From an uncultured bacterium (GTDB lineage: Bacteria > Krumholzibacteriota > Krumholzibacteriia > Krumholzibacteriales > WJIX01), in contig CAZAUK010000016.1 of assembly GCA_964488475.1 (NCBI GenBank), forward strand, positions 73 to 64,072: DNA of 64,000 nt. The letters run 5' to 3'. The notes beneath the pieces are model-generated. The model was not told the DNA's origin and ran no database searches. It saw nothing but the letters and a program-made list of their open reading frames with translations. Below are positions 36,231 to 46,338 of this stretch, piece after piece; within the stretch, counting starts at the first letter, position 1; the number at the start of each line of letters is the position of its first letter. The translations under genes and the position numbers were made by a program.

Positions 36231-36998
36231 TTAAAAGTGGTGGGCGAATGTGGCCGCCAGTGAAAATCCACGGTATTTAAGAGTGAAATTACCGTCATGT
36301 ATCGGGAAATTGCTCTGGGCCATCTGGTAGCGGCCCTCCACTCCGGCGCTGAACCTGTTGGTGATATAATAGTTGAGGCCGAATTCAACGTGCAGGCCCC
36401 ACTCCAGGCTGTTCCCCGATTTTTCAGCCTCCGGATCGGGATTTTCCACTTTTCTTCCGTAATTGTAAGTTTCGGTTTCGAGCCTTACCATCGGTACGAC
36501 CGCTGAAAAACCTCCCCCGATGTAGGGACACACGTTCTGAACGCGCGGCTGGCTTATCATGTATTTCATGCCTGCCTCGAAAGAGAGGAGGTATATCTTG
36601 AGGTCGCGCTCAATATCGAAAAGTGAAATCGAGTCCGGTAACTGCCAGAAGTAATAACCCGAGCTTTCCGTGCTCAGATATGAGAAGCTGGTCTTCGCGG
36701 TAAGGAAGTACCTGGGAGCTATCCTTCTCTCATAACCTACCTGGAAATAGGGGGAGGTAGGAATCTCTTCGAATATGTCTTCTCCGTTGCGGCCGCCCGT
36801 CGCAGCCCAGAAATCCAGGCCTTCGGCCAGATTCTTGATGTCGGGGCCGTCTATGAATCCCGCGTTCACAGTGAGGCTTCTTCCGGGAATGGGCCCGTAG
36901 AATTTCTTTTCCCGGAAGATCCTTTGAGCAGAGGCAGTATCGAATGCGCAGAAAATCAGGATCAGGGACAGGGCGTAAAGGGTGATTTTCCTCATCAT
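36231..36998 (-). CDS. Outer-membrane beta-barrel protein
   Basis: Signal peptide; alternating amphipathic strands, PYIGGG, C-terminal Phe. Confidence 0.75.
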   Translation of the reverse strand: MMRKITLYALSLILIFCAFDTASAQRIFREKKFYGPIPGRSLTVNAGFIDGPDIKNLAEGLDFWAATGGRNGEDIFEEIPTSPYFQVGYERRIAPRYFLTAKTSFSYLSTESSGYYFWQLPDSISLFDIERDLKIYLLSFEAGMKYMISQPRVQNVCPYIGGGFSAVVPMVRLETETYNYGRKVENPDPEAEKSGNSLEWGLHVEFGLNYYITNRFSAGVEGRYQMAQSNFPIHDGNFTLKYRGFSLAATFAHHF

Positions 36999-37137
36999 CT
37001 CTCCAATCTCAATCGCCATTGGGGTCTTTTTCCAGGCTCCTTAAAATATAAAACGGTTTACCGTTATGTCAAAATTATATTTACACCGGATTCGCTTAAT
37101 CGGGAAAACAATCACCCGCTGATGAAAAGGGTTGAAC

Positions 37138-37485
37138 CTACCTGTTTGGAACAACGCATATAAATCTAAGTCTTTCCTCTCCGGTATTCCGGAAGGAATG
37201 TCTGACCCCTTGAGGCACGAAAATGAAAAATCCGCGCGAAAATTCTTTTTCTTCATCTTCGATTGTCAGCTTCCCTTTTCCCTCGAGGATGTATACTTCA
37301 TGTTCCCACTCGTGAGTGTGATAGGGGGTCCTGCCTCCGGCTCCCACTTCAAACAGGCGCATGGCGAAGTTGGGAGCCCCATCCTTCTGCGAGACCAGCC
37401 ACCTGATGGTAACGTTCTCGGCCCCTTCCGCTTCCACTGCTTCAGCCTTTATATCATCGGCCGATCCGATCTTGTGAACGGTCAT
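37138..37485 (-). CDS. Cupin domain protein
   Basis: NFAMRLFEV, TPYHTHEWEHEVYILEG and HSFRN motifs; ATG 37485 behind GAGGAG. Confidence 0.9.
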   Translation of the reverse strand: MTVHKIGSADDIKAEAVEAEGAENVTIRWLVSQKDGAPNFAMRLFEVGAGGRTPYHTHEWEHEVYILEGKGKLTIEDEEKEFSRGFFIFVPQGVRHSFRNTGEERLRFICVVPNR

Positions 37486-37794
37486 CTTTAACTCCTCATT
37501 AATATTCTTTTGAAAGACGCATGGGCATAGGATATAACGGATGGCAAACTCTCTACAAGGTAAAAAGTTATGGTTGCCGAACAGCTTTACCTCCCCTCTT
37601 CCTTGACAGTCCCCCCGTAAAGAGACTATTTTTAGGATACCATTCAAACCGGCGATACGGCCGGTGGTGCTTCCGGCCCTGCGGCCTGGCCTTTTATCCT
37701 CACTACGGCTTTGTAGTCCGATGCCGGTCAGAGGATAACGTCAGCCGGAAAGGTCTTGGGGACGGCGCCAGAATTGAATCCTTCGGAGGAAGAT

Positions 37795-38271
37795 TTGCGA
37801 AAAATCCTTTTTGTTTGCAGCGGTAACACCTGTAGAAGTCCAATGGCCCGCGGGCTGGCTGAGATGAAGATGGGAGAAAAATGGAGCGGTGAGGTTTCAT
37901 TCGATTCTGCGGGGACCATGGCCTTAGACGGCGGCAGGGCTTCCAAACTGGCGGTGGATGTCATGTCAGACATCGGAATCGACCTCGGTGATCACAGGTC
38001 GAAAAGATTGACCAGGGATCTGGCCGATTCGGCCGACATCATAATGGCCATGGATTCAAATCATCTCGAAAGCATCTTAACCATTGATTCCGGCTATGCG
38101 TCAAAGATCATACTGCCCGTGGACCTGGATTCCGACAGGGAGGTTTCCGGAGTGGAAGATCCCCTGGGAAAGGAAAGAGATGTATATGTCAGGGTGAGGG
38201 ATGAGCTGGATAACCTGACCGACAGGCTGGAGGACTACCTGGCGGAAAGTATGGAGGCCGATAATTACTAG
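37795..38271 (+). CDS. Low-molecular-weight protein arginine/tyrosine phosphatase (YwlE-like)
   Basis: P-loop CSGNTCRS and DPLG; probable TTG start at 37795 behind GGAGG. Confidence 0.88.
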   Translation: MRKILFVCSGNTCRSPMARGLAEMKMGEKWSGEVSFDSAGTMALDGGRASKLAVDVMSDIGIDLGDHRSKRLTRDLADSADIIMAMDSNHLESILTIDSGYASKIILPVDLDSDREVSGVEDPLGKERDVYVRVRDELDNLTDRLEDYLAESMEADNY

Positions 38272-38392
38272 TACCCCTTAAAGGGACGCCGGTGATTTCC
38301 TTTTGGTTGAGCCTTGAGGATATTCAGCTGGGCGGAGATCATTCGAGGTTTTTAAGGTATCCTGTAATTTGCGGTGAAAATCGAAATTGTTG

Positions 38393-38421
38393 TTGTAAGT
38401 TTACGAACCAGTTTCTATAAT
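38393..38421 (+). promoter_or_regulatory. Sigma-70 promoter TTGTAA-N17-TATAAT for ilvE-rpiB-glyA
   Basis: Perfect -10 box, 17-nt spacer. Confidence 0.6.
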
Positions 38422-38491
38422 TGACTGAAGTTGCTGAGCGGTTTCCCCGGGTGGGAAGCTGTAAAACCGTTTGATCAGAGGGAGCGTGAAA

Positions 38492-39421
38492 ATGCCTTTA
38501 AAGAAGTCGGACAAGATCTGGATGGACGGAAAATTCGTCGATTGGGATGACGCGCAGATACACGTGTGCTCTCATGTCATTCATTACGGTACGTGTGTTT
38601 TTGAAGGAATAAGATGCTATAACACAGAGAAGGGCCCCGCTATATTCAGGCTTGAACCGCATATAAAGCGCCTGTATAACTCCGCGAAGATGTACAGGAT
38701 GGAACCCGAAATGCCCAAGAAAGATTATATGGAAGCCTGCTATGAGACCATTCGGGTCAACAAGATGGAGGAATGTTACATTCGGCCGGTGGTTTACAGA
38801 GGTTATTACGAGCTCGGGGTCAATCCCTTCAACAATCCGATAAATTCATTCATCGTGGTGTGGGAATGGGGCAAGTACCTGGGGCCGGAAGCTCTAGAGC
38901 AGGGCGTGGATGTCTGCGTCTCCACCTGGGACAGGATCGCTCCCAACACCTTTCCCGCCCTTGCCAAGAGCGGCGCGAATTACATGAACAGTCAGCTTAT
39001 CAAGATGGAAGCGATCAAGAACGGTTACGTGGAGGGAATAGCGCTCGACGCCAACGGCTACGTCAGCGAAGGCAGTGGTGAGAACATATTCCTGGTTCAG
39101 GACGGGAAACTCTTCACACCGCCTCTTGGAGCCAGCGTGCTTCCGGGGATAACCCGTAACACGGTGATCGAACTGGCTGAGGAAATCGGGTACAAGGTCG
39201 TTGAAAAGCTTATACCGCGGGAGATGCTCTACATAGCCGACGAGGTATTTTTCACCGGCACCGCCGCTGAAATAACGCCCATCAGAAGCGTGGACAAGAT
39301 TCAGGTGGGAGCCGGCAAACGCGGTCCCATAACCACCGAGCTTCAGGAACTGTTCTTCAAAGTCCTCAACGGTGAGGTCGAGGAGAGGATGGGCTGGCTG
39401 GATTTCGTTTACGACAAATAG
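38492..39421 (+). CDS. ilvE: Branched-chain amino acid aminotransferase
   Basis: HYGTCVFEGIR, AKSGANY, EGSGENIF, LPGITR, FFTGTAAEITP. Confidence 0.95.
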   Translation: MPLKKSDKIWMDGKFVDWDDAQIHVCSHVIHYGTCVFEGIRCYNTEKGPAIFRLEPHIKRLYNSAKMYRMEPEMPKKDYMEACYETIRVNKMEECYIRPVVYRGYYELGVNPFNNPINSFIVVWEWGKYLGPEALEQGVDVCVSTWDRIAPNTFPALAKSGANYMNSQLIKMEAIKNGYVEGIALDANGYVSEGSGENIFLVQDGKLFTPPLGASVLPGITRNTVIELAEEIGYKVVEKLIPREMLYIADEVFFTGTAAEITPIRSVDKIQVGAGKRGPITTELQELFFKVLNGEVEERMGWLDFVYDK

Positions 39422-39448
39422 ATCCGGCTGGACAGAAGGGATGAGACG

Positions 39449-39892
39449 ATGAAGGTAGCAATTGGAGCGGACCACAGGGGGTACGCGCTCAAAGAGCGTA
39501 TCGGTGACTTTCTCGAATCAAGGGGTGATGAAGTCCTGGACGTGGGCACCTATGATTCGAATTCAGTGGATTATCCGGATTTTGCTTTCGCCGCCGCGGA
39601 AAAGGTGGCATCCGGGGAAGTCCAGCGGGGAATCCTGATCTGCGGAAGCGGTATCGGCATGTCCATAGCCGCCAACAAGGTCAAGGGTGTACGAGCGGCG
39701 CTCTGCCGGACGGTCGATGACGCCAGGATGACCAGGAAGCATAACGATTCAAACCTGCTGGCTCTGTCAGAAAAGAGCATGGATGACCCCGATGTCATGA
39801 GGATCGTGGAAACCTGGCTGGATACCCCTTTTGAAGGGGGAAGGCATCAGAGGAGAATCGACAAGATACGCGAATATGAGAGACGCGATTAA
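39449..39892 (+). CDS. rpiB: Ribose-5-phosphate isomerase B
   Basis: GADHRG, VDYPD, CGSGIGMSIAANKVKGVRAA, HN, FEGGRH. Confidence 0.95.
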   Translation: MKVAIGADHRGYALKERIGDFLESRGDEVLDVGTYDSNSVDYPDFAFAAAEKVASGEVQRGILICGSGIGMSIAANKVKGVRAALCRTVDDARMTRKHNDSNLLALSEKSMDDPDVMRIVETWLDTPFEGGRHQRRIDKIREYERRD

Positions 39893-39913
39893 AAGGAAAA
39901 GGGGCGATTTATA

Positions 39914-41182
39914 ATGTTTGACGAAAATCTATTCCCTTATTTGCAGGAATCCGACCCGGAAATAATGGAATCGATAAAAGGGGAGCTGGACAGGCAGCGT
40001 AACCAGCTCGAAATGATCGCGAGCGAGAATTTCACCAGCAAGGCCGTGCTGGCGGCTATGAGCAACCCGATGCAGAACAAGTACGCCGAAGGATACGCGG
40101 GAAAGAGGTATTACGGCGGCTGCGAATTCGTGGATCAGGCGGAGAAGCTGGCCAGAAAGAGGGCCAAGAAGCTGTTCGACGCCGACCATGCCAACGTTCA
40201 ACCCCATTCGGGGACCCAGGCCAACGTAACCGCCTATCTGGCTTTTATAAAACCCGGTGACAAGATCATGGGGCTCAGCCTGTCGCACGGAGGTCACCTT
40301 TCCCACGGGCATCCCGTAAATATATCCGGAATGTTCTTTGACGTGGTCCATTACGAAGTGGATCGTGAAACCAAGACCCTTGACTACGACGCCCTGCGTG
40401 AACAGGCCCATAAGGAAAAACCGAAGATATTCGTGGGAGGGGCCAGCGCCTACCCCCGATTCTGGGACTGGAAGAAGATTCGTGAGATATGCGATGAGGT
40501 GGGAGCTGTCATGATGGTGGACATGGCTCATATCGCCGGGCTTATCGCGGCCGGAGTTCATTCCAGTCCGGTTCCGTACGCCGATGTTATAACATCAACC
40601 ACTCACAAGACCCTGAGAGGTCCCAGGGGGGGTTTTATTCTCTGCAAGAAAGAGCACAGGAAGGCTATAAACAAGCTCAACTTCCCCGGTACCCAGGGAG
40701 GTCCTTTCATGCATATCATAGCCGCCAAGGCGGTCTGTTTCAGGGAAGCAATGTCGGACAGTTTCAAGGAGTACCAGAAGCAGGTGGTGGCTAACGCGGC
40801 CAGGCTGGCCTCTTACATGATGGAGAGGGGTTTTGAAGTGGTCAGCGGAGGAACGGACAACCATCTCTTCCTGCTGGACCTTTCCGGAAAGGGTCTTACC
40901 GGCAAGGCGGCGGAGGAAGCCCTTGAAAAAGCGGGAATAACGGTCAACAAGAATGCCGTTCCATTCGATCAGGAGAGTCCTTTCGTGACATCGGGCGTCA
41001 GAGTGGGGACCCCCGCTCTTACCACCAGAGGAATGAAGGAGGAGCAGATGGATGAGGTGGGAAGCCTGATGGTGAGGGTGCTGGAAAATATCGATGACGA
41101 AGGCGTGCTGAAAGACGTGAGAGAGAAAACGCGAGAACTGGCCGCCGCTTTTCCTCTTTACGGAAAAGGTTCCGCGTTTTAG
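39914..41182 (+). CDS. glyA: Serine hydroxymethyltransferase
   Basis: [38 protein letters not shown]. Confidence 0.97.
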   Translation: MFDENLFPYLQESDPEIMESIKGELDRQRNQLEMIASENFTSKAVLAAMSNPMQNKYAEGYAGKRYYGGCEFVDQAEKLARKRAKKLFDADHANVQPHSGTQANVTAYLAFIKPGDKIMGLSLSHGGHLSHGHPVNISGMFFDVVHYEVDRETKTLDYDALREQAHKEKPKIFVGGASAYPRFWDWKKIREICDEVGAVMMVDMAHIAGLIAAGVHSSPVPYADVITSTTHKTLRGPRGGFILCKKEHRKAINKLNFPGTQGGPFMHIIAAKAVCFREAMSDSFKEYQKQVVANAARLASYMMERGFEVVSGGTDNHLFLLDLSGKGLTGKAAEEALEKAGITVNKNAVPFDQESPFVTSGVRVGTPALTTRGMKEEQMDEVGSLMVRVLENIDDEGVLKDVREKTRELAAAFPLYGKGSAF

Positions 41183-41213
41183 ATCAGGGTGTTTTCAATC
41201 TTCGGGAGCAGGT

Positions 41214-41693
41214 ATGAAAAGACCTAGTTGGGACGAATATTTTATGAAGATAGCCCGGCTGGTTTCGGAACGTTCCACCTGCCTGAGGCGTAAAGTAGGC
41301 GCAATAATCGTCAAGAATAAGAGAATAATATCCACGGGATACAATGGCGCTCCCAAGGGTCTGGCCCATTGTCTGGAAGTGGGATGCCTGAGGGATAGCA
41401 TGAAGGTTCCTTCGGGCGAGAGGCATGAACTCTGCCGGGGTGCTCATGCGGAGCAGAACGCCATCATCCAGGCGGCCGGCAGCGGAAGCAGCATGGAAGG
41501 CTCAACCATGTACTGCACTGACTCTCCCTGTTCCACATGCGCTAAGATGATAATCAACGCCGGAATCAGAAGGCTGGTCCTGGGAAGCAGATATCCGGAT
41601 GAACTCGGGGAACAGCTTATCGATGAAGCGGGCATAGAGACGGTCTATCTTCTGCCGGAGTATTCCGGCTCGCCCAAACCGGAAGGTAATTGA
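41214..41693 (+). CDS. dCMP deaminase (ComEB-like)
   Basis: [22 protein letters not shown] and PCSTC zinc motifs. Confidence 0.92.
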   Translation: MKRPSWDEYFMKIARLVSERSTCLRRKVGAIIVKNKRIISTGYNGAPKGLAHCLEVGCLRDSMKVPSGERHELCRGAHAEQNAIIQAAGSGSSMEGSTMYCTDSPCSTCAKMIINAGIRRLVLGSRYPDELGEQLIDEAGIETVYLLPEYSGSPKPEGN

Positions 41694-41694
41694 T

Positions 41695-42153
41695 TTGCAT
41701 TGTCCCGCCTGCGGAAGCGATAAGGATAAGGTGGTAGATTCAAGATCCACCAGGGATAATTTCGCGGTCAGAAGACGCAGGGAGTGCCTTGACTGCGGCC
41801 ACAGGTTCACCACCTATGAGTGCGTCGAGCACCGTCCTGTGATGGTGGTAAAAAAAGACGGCAACAGGGAACGCTATTCAAAGGAAAAGATGCTTAACGG
41901 ACTTCTGAGGGCCTGCGAAAAAAGGCCCGTCTCGATGGAAGAGCTGGAAAAACTGGTGGACGAGGTGGAAAGGAGCGTTTCCAGCAGGATTCGGGACGAG
42001 ATCCCGACCGAGGAACTCGGTAACGAGATCATGAAAAGACTGGCCAATATCGATCAGGTCGCATATGTCAGGTTCGCGTCCGTCTACAGAGAATTCAAGG
42101 ATGTCTCGCAGTTCATGTCGGAATTAAGGACGCTTCTTGAAAAGGGTAAATAG
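41695..42153 (+). CDS. nrdR: Transcriptional repressor NrdR
   Basis: CPAC...RRRRECLDCGHRFTTYE, ATP cone, AYVRFASVYREF; TTG start. Confidence 0.96.
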   Translation: MHCPACGSDKDKVVDSRSTRDNFAVRRRRECLDCGHRFTTYECVEHRPVMVVKKDGNRERYSKEKMLNGLLRACEKRPVSMEELEKLVDEVERSVSSRIRDEIPTEELGNEIMKRLANIDQVAYVRFASVYREFKDVSQFMSELRTLLEKGK

Positions 42154-42213
42154 ATATCGGCTTTCCGGCTGCTCACAGGCGTCATGGTAAACGGGCGACA
42201 AAAAGGGGGAAAG

Positions 42214-43044
42214 ATGGTTAGATCAAGAAGGAACACGCGAATTATGATTTTCGCAGTCATTATGTCGGCGCTTAACTCAGGATGCGGCTCTTCACCGCCG
42301 GCGGGGGGCATTTCTTCTGAGAGCGGTGAGATAAAGATAGATTTTTCTCTCGAACCTGAAACCGTCCTGGAATACAAGGGGACCAACACCAGGGAGATGA
42401 ATTATTACGGAAACTCCATCAACATTGTCCACAGAGACCGGATAAGAATGACGGTAAGGGAAAAGACCGATGAAAATATCCACAGAATAAGGATCAGGTA
42501 CCTCGAGAGCGGGGACAAAATGATCAGGGGTGACGAGATGGCCGATTTTGACAATCCGGTAAAGCCTGAAGGGAGGGTCGTGGAAGTGGAAGTTACCCCC
42601 CGCGGGGAGATAAACGACGTCAAGGGAGTCATCCCGGGCCTTTCCGGGGAAGAGATCAAGGAGTATCTAGAAATATGGTTTTTCAAACTTCCTGATGAGG
42701 CTCGCAAGGTGGGTGAGTCCTGGAGAAGAGACCTTTCCGACAGCACGGAAACGGGAGTAAGAGAGGGATGGGCGGATATAACCTTTAAAAGTCTCGAATC
42801 TGAGAAAGGCATAGCTGTGGCCAAAGTCGACGTAGCGGTAAAGGTTGACGTTGAACGCAGGTCGGAACGCGGGAAGATTACCGGCCTTCAGGAAACCAGG
42901 GGTGAGATAAGCGTAGCTGTCGATGGCGGTTACATAGTGTTATACGAAAGTGAATCTGAGTTCAGGGGAAAGCTGACCGGCACGGGCGGGGATGAATCTG
43001 ACATAAGCAATTTCAGCAATCTAAAGGTGGAGCTCATCAAGTAA
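42214..43044 (+). CDS. Hypothetical lipoprotein
   Basis: Basic N-terminus, hydrophobic stretch and LNSGC lipobox; beta-rich body; no family recognised. Confidence 0.65.
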   Translation: MVRSRRNTRIMIFAVIMSALNSGCGSSPPAGGISSESGEIKIDFSLEPETVLEYKGTNTREMNYYGNSINIVHRDRIRMTVREKTDENIHRIRIRYLESGDKMIRGDEMADFDNPVKPEGRVVEVEVTPRGEINDVKGVIPGLSGEEIKEYLEIWFFKLPDEARKVGESWRRDLSDSTETGVREGWADITFKSLESEKGIAVAKVDVAVKVDVERRSERGKITGLQETRGEISVAVDGGYIVLYESESEFRGKLTGTGGDESDISNFSNLKVELIK

Positions 43045-43056
43045 CCGGGAGACAAG

Positions 43057-43800
43057 GTGTCCGATGGGAGCCAGAACAGAGAACTCAGTGAAATGGGGAT
43101 ACTCGATCATCTCGAGGAGCTGAGGTCGACTTTAATCTCCGTTATCGCCTCCTGGCTGGGCGCCTCGATTATTCTATGGTTTTTTTCAGGATTCATCATG
43201 GATTTCCTGCTGGCCGGCATACCGGTCGAGAGTCTCTACTTTCACGCCCCGGCCGAGGCCTTCCTGACAAGGATGAAACTCAGTTTCATAATGGGGTTTC
43301 TGGTTTCCTTTCCCTATATACTTTTCAGAGTGTGGTCTTTCATTTCCCCGGGACTGTTCGCCAGTGAGAAAAAGGTTGTAATACCGCTGATCTTTCCCTC
43401 CACCCTCCTATTTTATTTGGGTGTGGTCTTCGCCTACTGGATCATGGTTCCGGTTGCGCTTGGATTCCTGCTCAAATTCGGGACAGGCATGCTCTCCCCA
43501 CTGATCTCGGTGGAAAAATATTTCAGTTTCGTGGGAAGGCTGTGCTTTGCTTTTGGTTTGGTCTTTCAGCTCCCCCTGATAATCATATTCCTTTCCATCG
43601 CGGATCTGATCTCTCCCACGGCTTTGCTGAAGCAGTGGCGGTGGGTGGTCCTGGCGATCTTCGCCACAGGAGCGGTCCTTACTCCCCCTGATCCCGCCTC
43701 ACAGCTTCTGATGGCCGCGCCTCTGCTGGTATTGTTTTTTGCCAGCGTGTTGGTGGCCATATTGATTAAAAAGTCCAAGGAGAGGAAGGAGGTCGGCTGA
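43057..43800 (+). CDS. tatC: Twin-arginine translocase subunit TatC
   Basis: HLEELR, WSFISPGL, FGLVFQLP, LTPPDP; GTG start. Confidence 0.95.
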   Translation: MSDGSQNRELSEMGILDHLEELRSTLISVIASWLGASIILWFFSGFIMDFLLAGIPVESLYFHAPAEAFLTRMKLSFIMGFLVSFPYILFRVWSFISPGLFASEKKVVIPLIFPSTLLFYLGVVFAYWIMVPVALGFLLKFGTGMLSPLISVEKYFSFVGRLCFAFGLVFQLPLIIIFLSIADLISPTALLKQWRWVVLAIFATGAVLTPPDPASQLLMAAPLLVLFFASVLVAILIKKSKERKEVG

Positions 43801-43934
43801 AATATCTTGAATAGGGCCTACGGTGGTGTTAAATTGTATAACTCGGCGGGGTTGAGGCTGACTGTGAATTTGTGATCGGATTGAGCTAGGTTTACTTACT
43901 AAAGGCTTCCGGCAGACAGCCGGTTGTAGAATCG

Positions 43935-44939
43935 ATGGAAGATTTCGATAATACTGAACTGGATTCATTCCGCTCGTCGGTGGAGTATGAGCTGTCTTTT
44001 CTGGAAGAAAGGCTCAAGTCGGTATTAAGATCCGATATCCCGCTTCTTAACGAGATCTGCACCTCATTGAATAGTAGTCCCGGCAAAAGAATACGTCCAA
44101 ACGTTCTCTTTCTGGCGGCCAGAAACGTCAAGGGTGATCTCGAGAAGGCGATAACAGCCGGTTTCTCTGTGGAACTCATTCATACCGCGACCTTGATCCA
44201 TGACGATATAATAGACGGACACGATTTCAGAAGGGGAAATCTCACTATCAGCGCCAGATGGGGAAGGAACATCGCCACCATAATGGGCGATTTTCTCTAT
44301 TCCAAGGCCTTTTCCTGTCTCAGCGAAGAGGGATTGACCGATGCCATGGCGATACTGGCAAAGGCCACCAATGCTATGAGTGTGGGTGAGATGCTTCAGT
44401 TTCAGCAAAAGCGGGATGTAAACGTCAGCGAGGCGGGATACCTGAACCTGATAAACATGAAGACAGCGTCGCTTTTTTCCGCCGCCTGCGAGTGCGGCGC
44501 CGCCCTTGGAGTCAGCGGTAACGGTTACAGGACCAAATATTCCATGTTCGGAGAAAACATGGGGCTGGCTTACCAGATCACAGATGACCTGTTCGACTTT
44601 ATCGCTTCAGAGAGCACCATCGGCAAGCCGGTTGCTTCCGATCTCACTGCGGGAAAGGTCACCCTTCCCTTCATAACATCCTACCAGAACGCCCCCGATA
44701 ACATCAGGAAGAGAATCGGCGAGATATTCAACGGAGGGCTCAAGAAGGAGAACCACTGGAAGGAAGTCATGCTGTTCGTGCAGAATTACGGCGGCATCGA
44801 GTATTCCATAGAAAAAGCCAGGAGTTTTGGCAGGAAAGCCAAGGTCTATCTCAAATCACTTTCTCCTTCACCCGAGATCGATGCTCTGGGTTACGCGGCG
44901 GACTACGTGGTGGAAAGGGTGGCCCCCTATTCCGGTTAA
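43935..44939 (+). CDS. Polyprenyl diphosphate synthase
   Basis: GKRIRP, first Asp-rich HDDIID..RRG, KTASLF, second QITDD motif. Confidence 0.93.
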   Translation: MEDFDNTELDSFRSSVEYELSFLEERLKSVLRSDIPLLNEICTSLNSSPGKRIRPNVLFLAARNVKGDLEKAITAGFSVELIHTATLIHDDIIDGHDFRRGNLTISARWGRNIATIMGDFLYSKAFSCLSEEGLTDAMAILAKATNAMSVGEMLQFQQKRDVNVSEAGYLNLINMKTASLFSAACECGAALGVSGNGYRTKYSMFGENMGLAYQITDDLFDFIASESTIGKPVASDLTAGKVTLPFITSYQNAPDNIRKRIGEIFNGGLKKENHWKEVMLFVQNYGGIEYSIEKARSFGRKAKVYLKSLSPSPEIDALGYAADYVVERVAPYSG

Positions 44940-44991
44940 GAGCGGCAGCGCCTATTTGATCTTATTAATTTGAAAGAAGCTGGAGGCCGCT

Positions 44992-45984
44992 ATGCAGAAT
45001 GTCGAAGCGCTTTACTATGAGAAACTCGACGACCAGAAGGTGAGATGCGTTCTCTGCCCTCACCGTTGTGTTATAAAGGACGGAGCCCAAGGGCTTTGCC
45101 GGGTGAGAGAAAACGACGGGGGTGTTCTCAAGTCCGAATCCTACGGGAGAACCGTAACTGTCAATATAGACCCGATCGAAAAGAAACCTCTTTTCCATTT
45201 CATGCCCGGAAGCAGAATACTTTCCATAGGTCCAAACGGCTGCACCCTTACCTGCAAGAACTGCCAGAACTGGGGCATTTCCCAGGAACCGGCGCCTACC
45301 AGGTATTTCTCTCCCGAAGAACTGGTCGGGATGGTCGAAGAAAGAGGGATTCCGGGAATAGCCTTTACCTACACCGAGCCTCTTATCTGGTTTGAATACC
45401 TCAAGGATGTTATTCCACTAATGAAACGGAAAGGCCAGAAGTCGGTCCTGGTCACCAACGGATATATCAATGAGGAGCCGGGGCTGGAGATCGCCCGTCT
45501 GGCGGACGGATTTAACATCGATCTCAAGAGCTTTGAAGACCAGTTCTATAAAAAGTGGTGTGGGGGGGAAGTCGAACCGGTAAAGAGATTCATAGAGATC
45601 GCCGCCGCCGAATCCCATGTGGAAGTCACCACTCTTCTGATTCCAGGGCTTAATGACGATCCCGCCGAAATCAAGGAGATGGTTAAATGGATCGCGGGGA
45701 TATCGACCGGGATTCCTCTTCATTTTTCCCGGTTTTTCCCTCACTACAGGATGGATGATATACCTCCAACCCCAGAAGAGTCCCTGAAAAAAGCTTACCA
45801 GATAGGAAGAAGATATCTTGATTATGTATATGTGGGCAATATATTCATTGATGGAACAGAGAACACCTACTGCTCAAAGTGCGGCAGTGTGGTGATAAAA
45901 AGGACCGGTTATTCAGCGCGGAGCTTGCTGGATAAGGGAGCTTGCCCGGAATGCGGGTCGGAGATCAAGGGGGTATGGAGTTAA
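44992..45984 (+). CDS. amrS: AmmeMemoRadiSam system radical SAM enzyme
   Basis: CVLCPHRC, DPIEKKPLFHF, CxxxCxxC (CTLTCKNC) QNW, TYTEP, HFSRFFP. Confidence 0.92.
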   Translation: MQNVEALYYEKLDDQKVRCVLCPHRCVIKDGAQGLCRVRENDGGVLKSESYGRTVTVNIDPIEKKPLFHFMPGSRILSIGPNGCTLTCKNCQNWGISQEPAPTRYFSPEELVGMVEERGIPGIAFTYTEPLIWFEYLKDVIPLMKRKGQKSVLVTNGYINEEPGLEIARLADGFNIDLKSFEDQFYKKWCGGEVEPVKRFIEIAAAESHVEVTTLLIPGLNDDPAEIKEMVKWIAGISTGIPLHFSRFFPHYRMDDIPPTPEESLKKAYQIGRRYLDYVYVGNIFIDGTENTYCSKCGSVVIKRTGYSARSLLDKGACPECGSEIKGVWS

Positions 45985-46338
45985 TTGACTAAAACAGCAC
46001 CAAAGACGCTGGCAAGAAGAATAATCAAAATTATCTGGCAGAAGAAAGCGGAAGATATTGTATTGCTCAATCTCAAGAAGGTTTCTTATATAACTGACTA
46101 TTTCATTGTTTGTTCAGTGGCGAGTGACGTTCAGGCCAGGGTGGTCGCGGACTCAGTAGCTGAATATTTGAAGGGAAAAGGAATATCATTCAACATCGAA
46201 GGTTATGAATCTCCCCACTGGGTCCTGATAGACTGCTTCAGCGTCGTTCTGCATATCTTTCAGCCGGAAGCCAGAAATTTCTACTCCCTGGAGAAATTCT
46301 GGGGGGACGCTCCGAGAGAGGAGTTTCCCGATGGATAA
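45985..46338 (+). CDS. rsfS: Ribosome silencing factor
   Basis: KKAEDI, DYFIVCS, WVLID, R.FYSLEKFWGD. Confidence 0.93.
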   Translation: MTKTAPKTLARRIIKIIWQKKAEDIVLLNLKKVSYITDYFIVCSVASDVQARVVADSVAEYLKGKGISFNIEGYESPHWVLIDCFSVVLHIFQPEARNFYSLEKFWGDAPREEFPDG

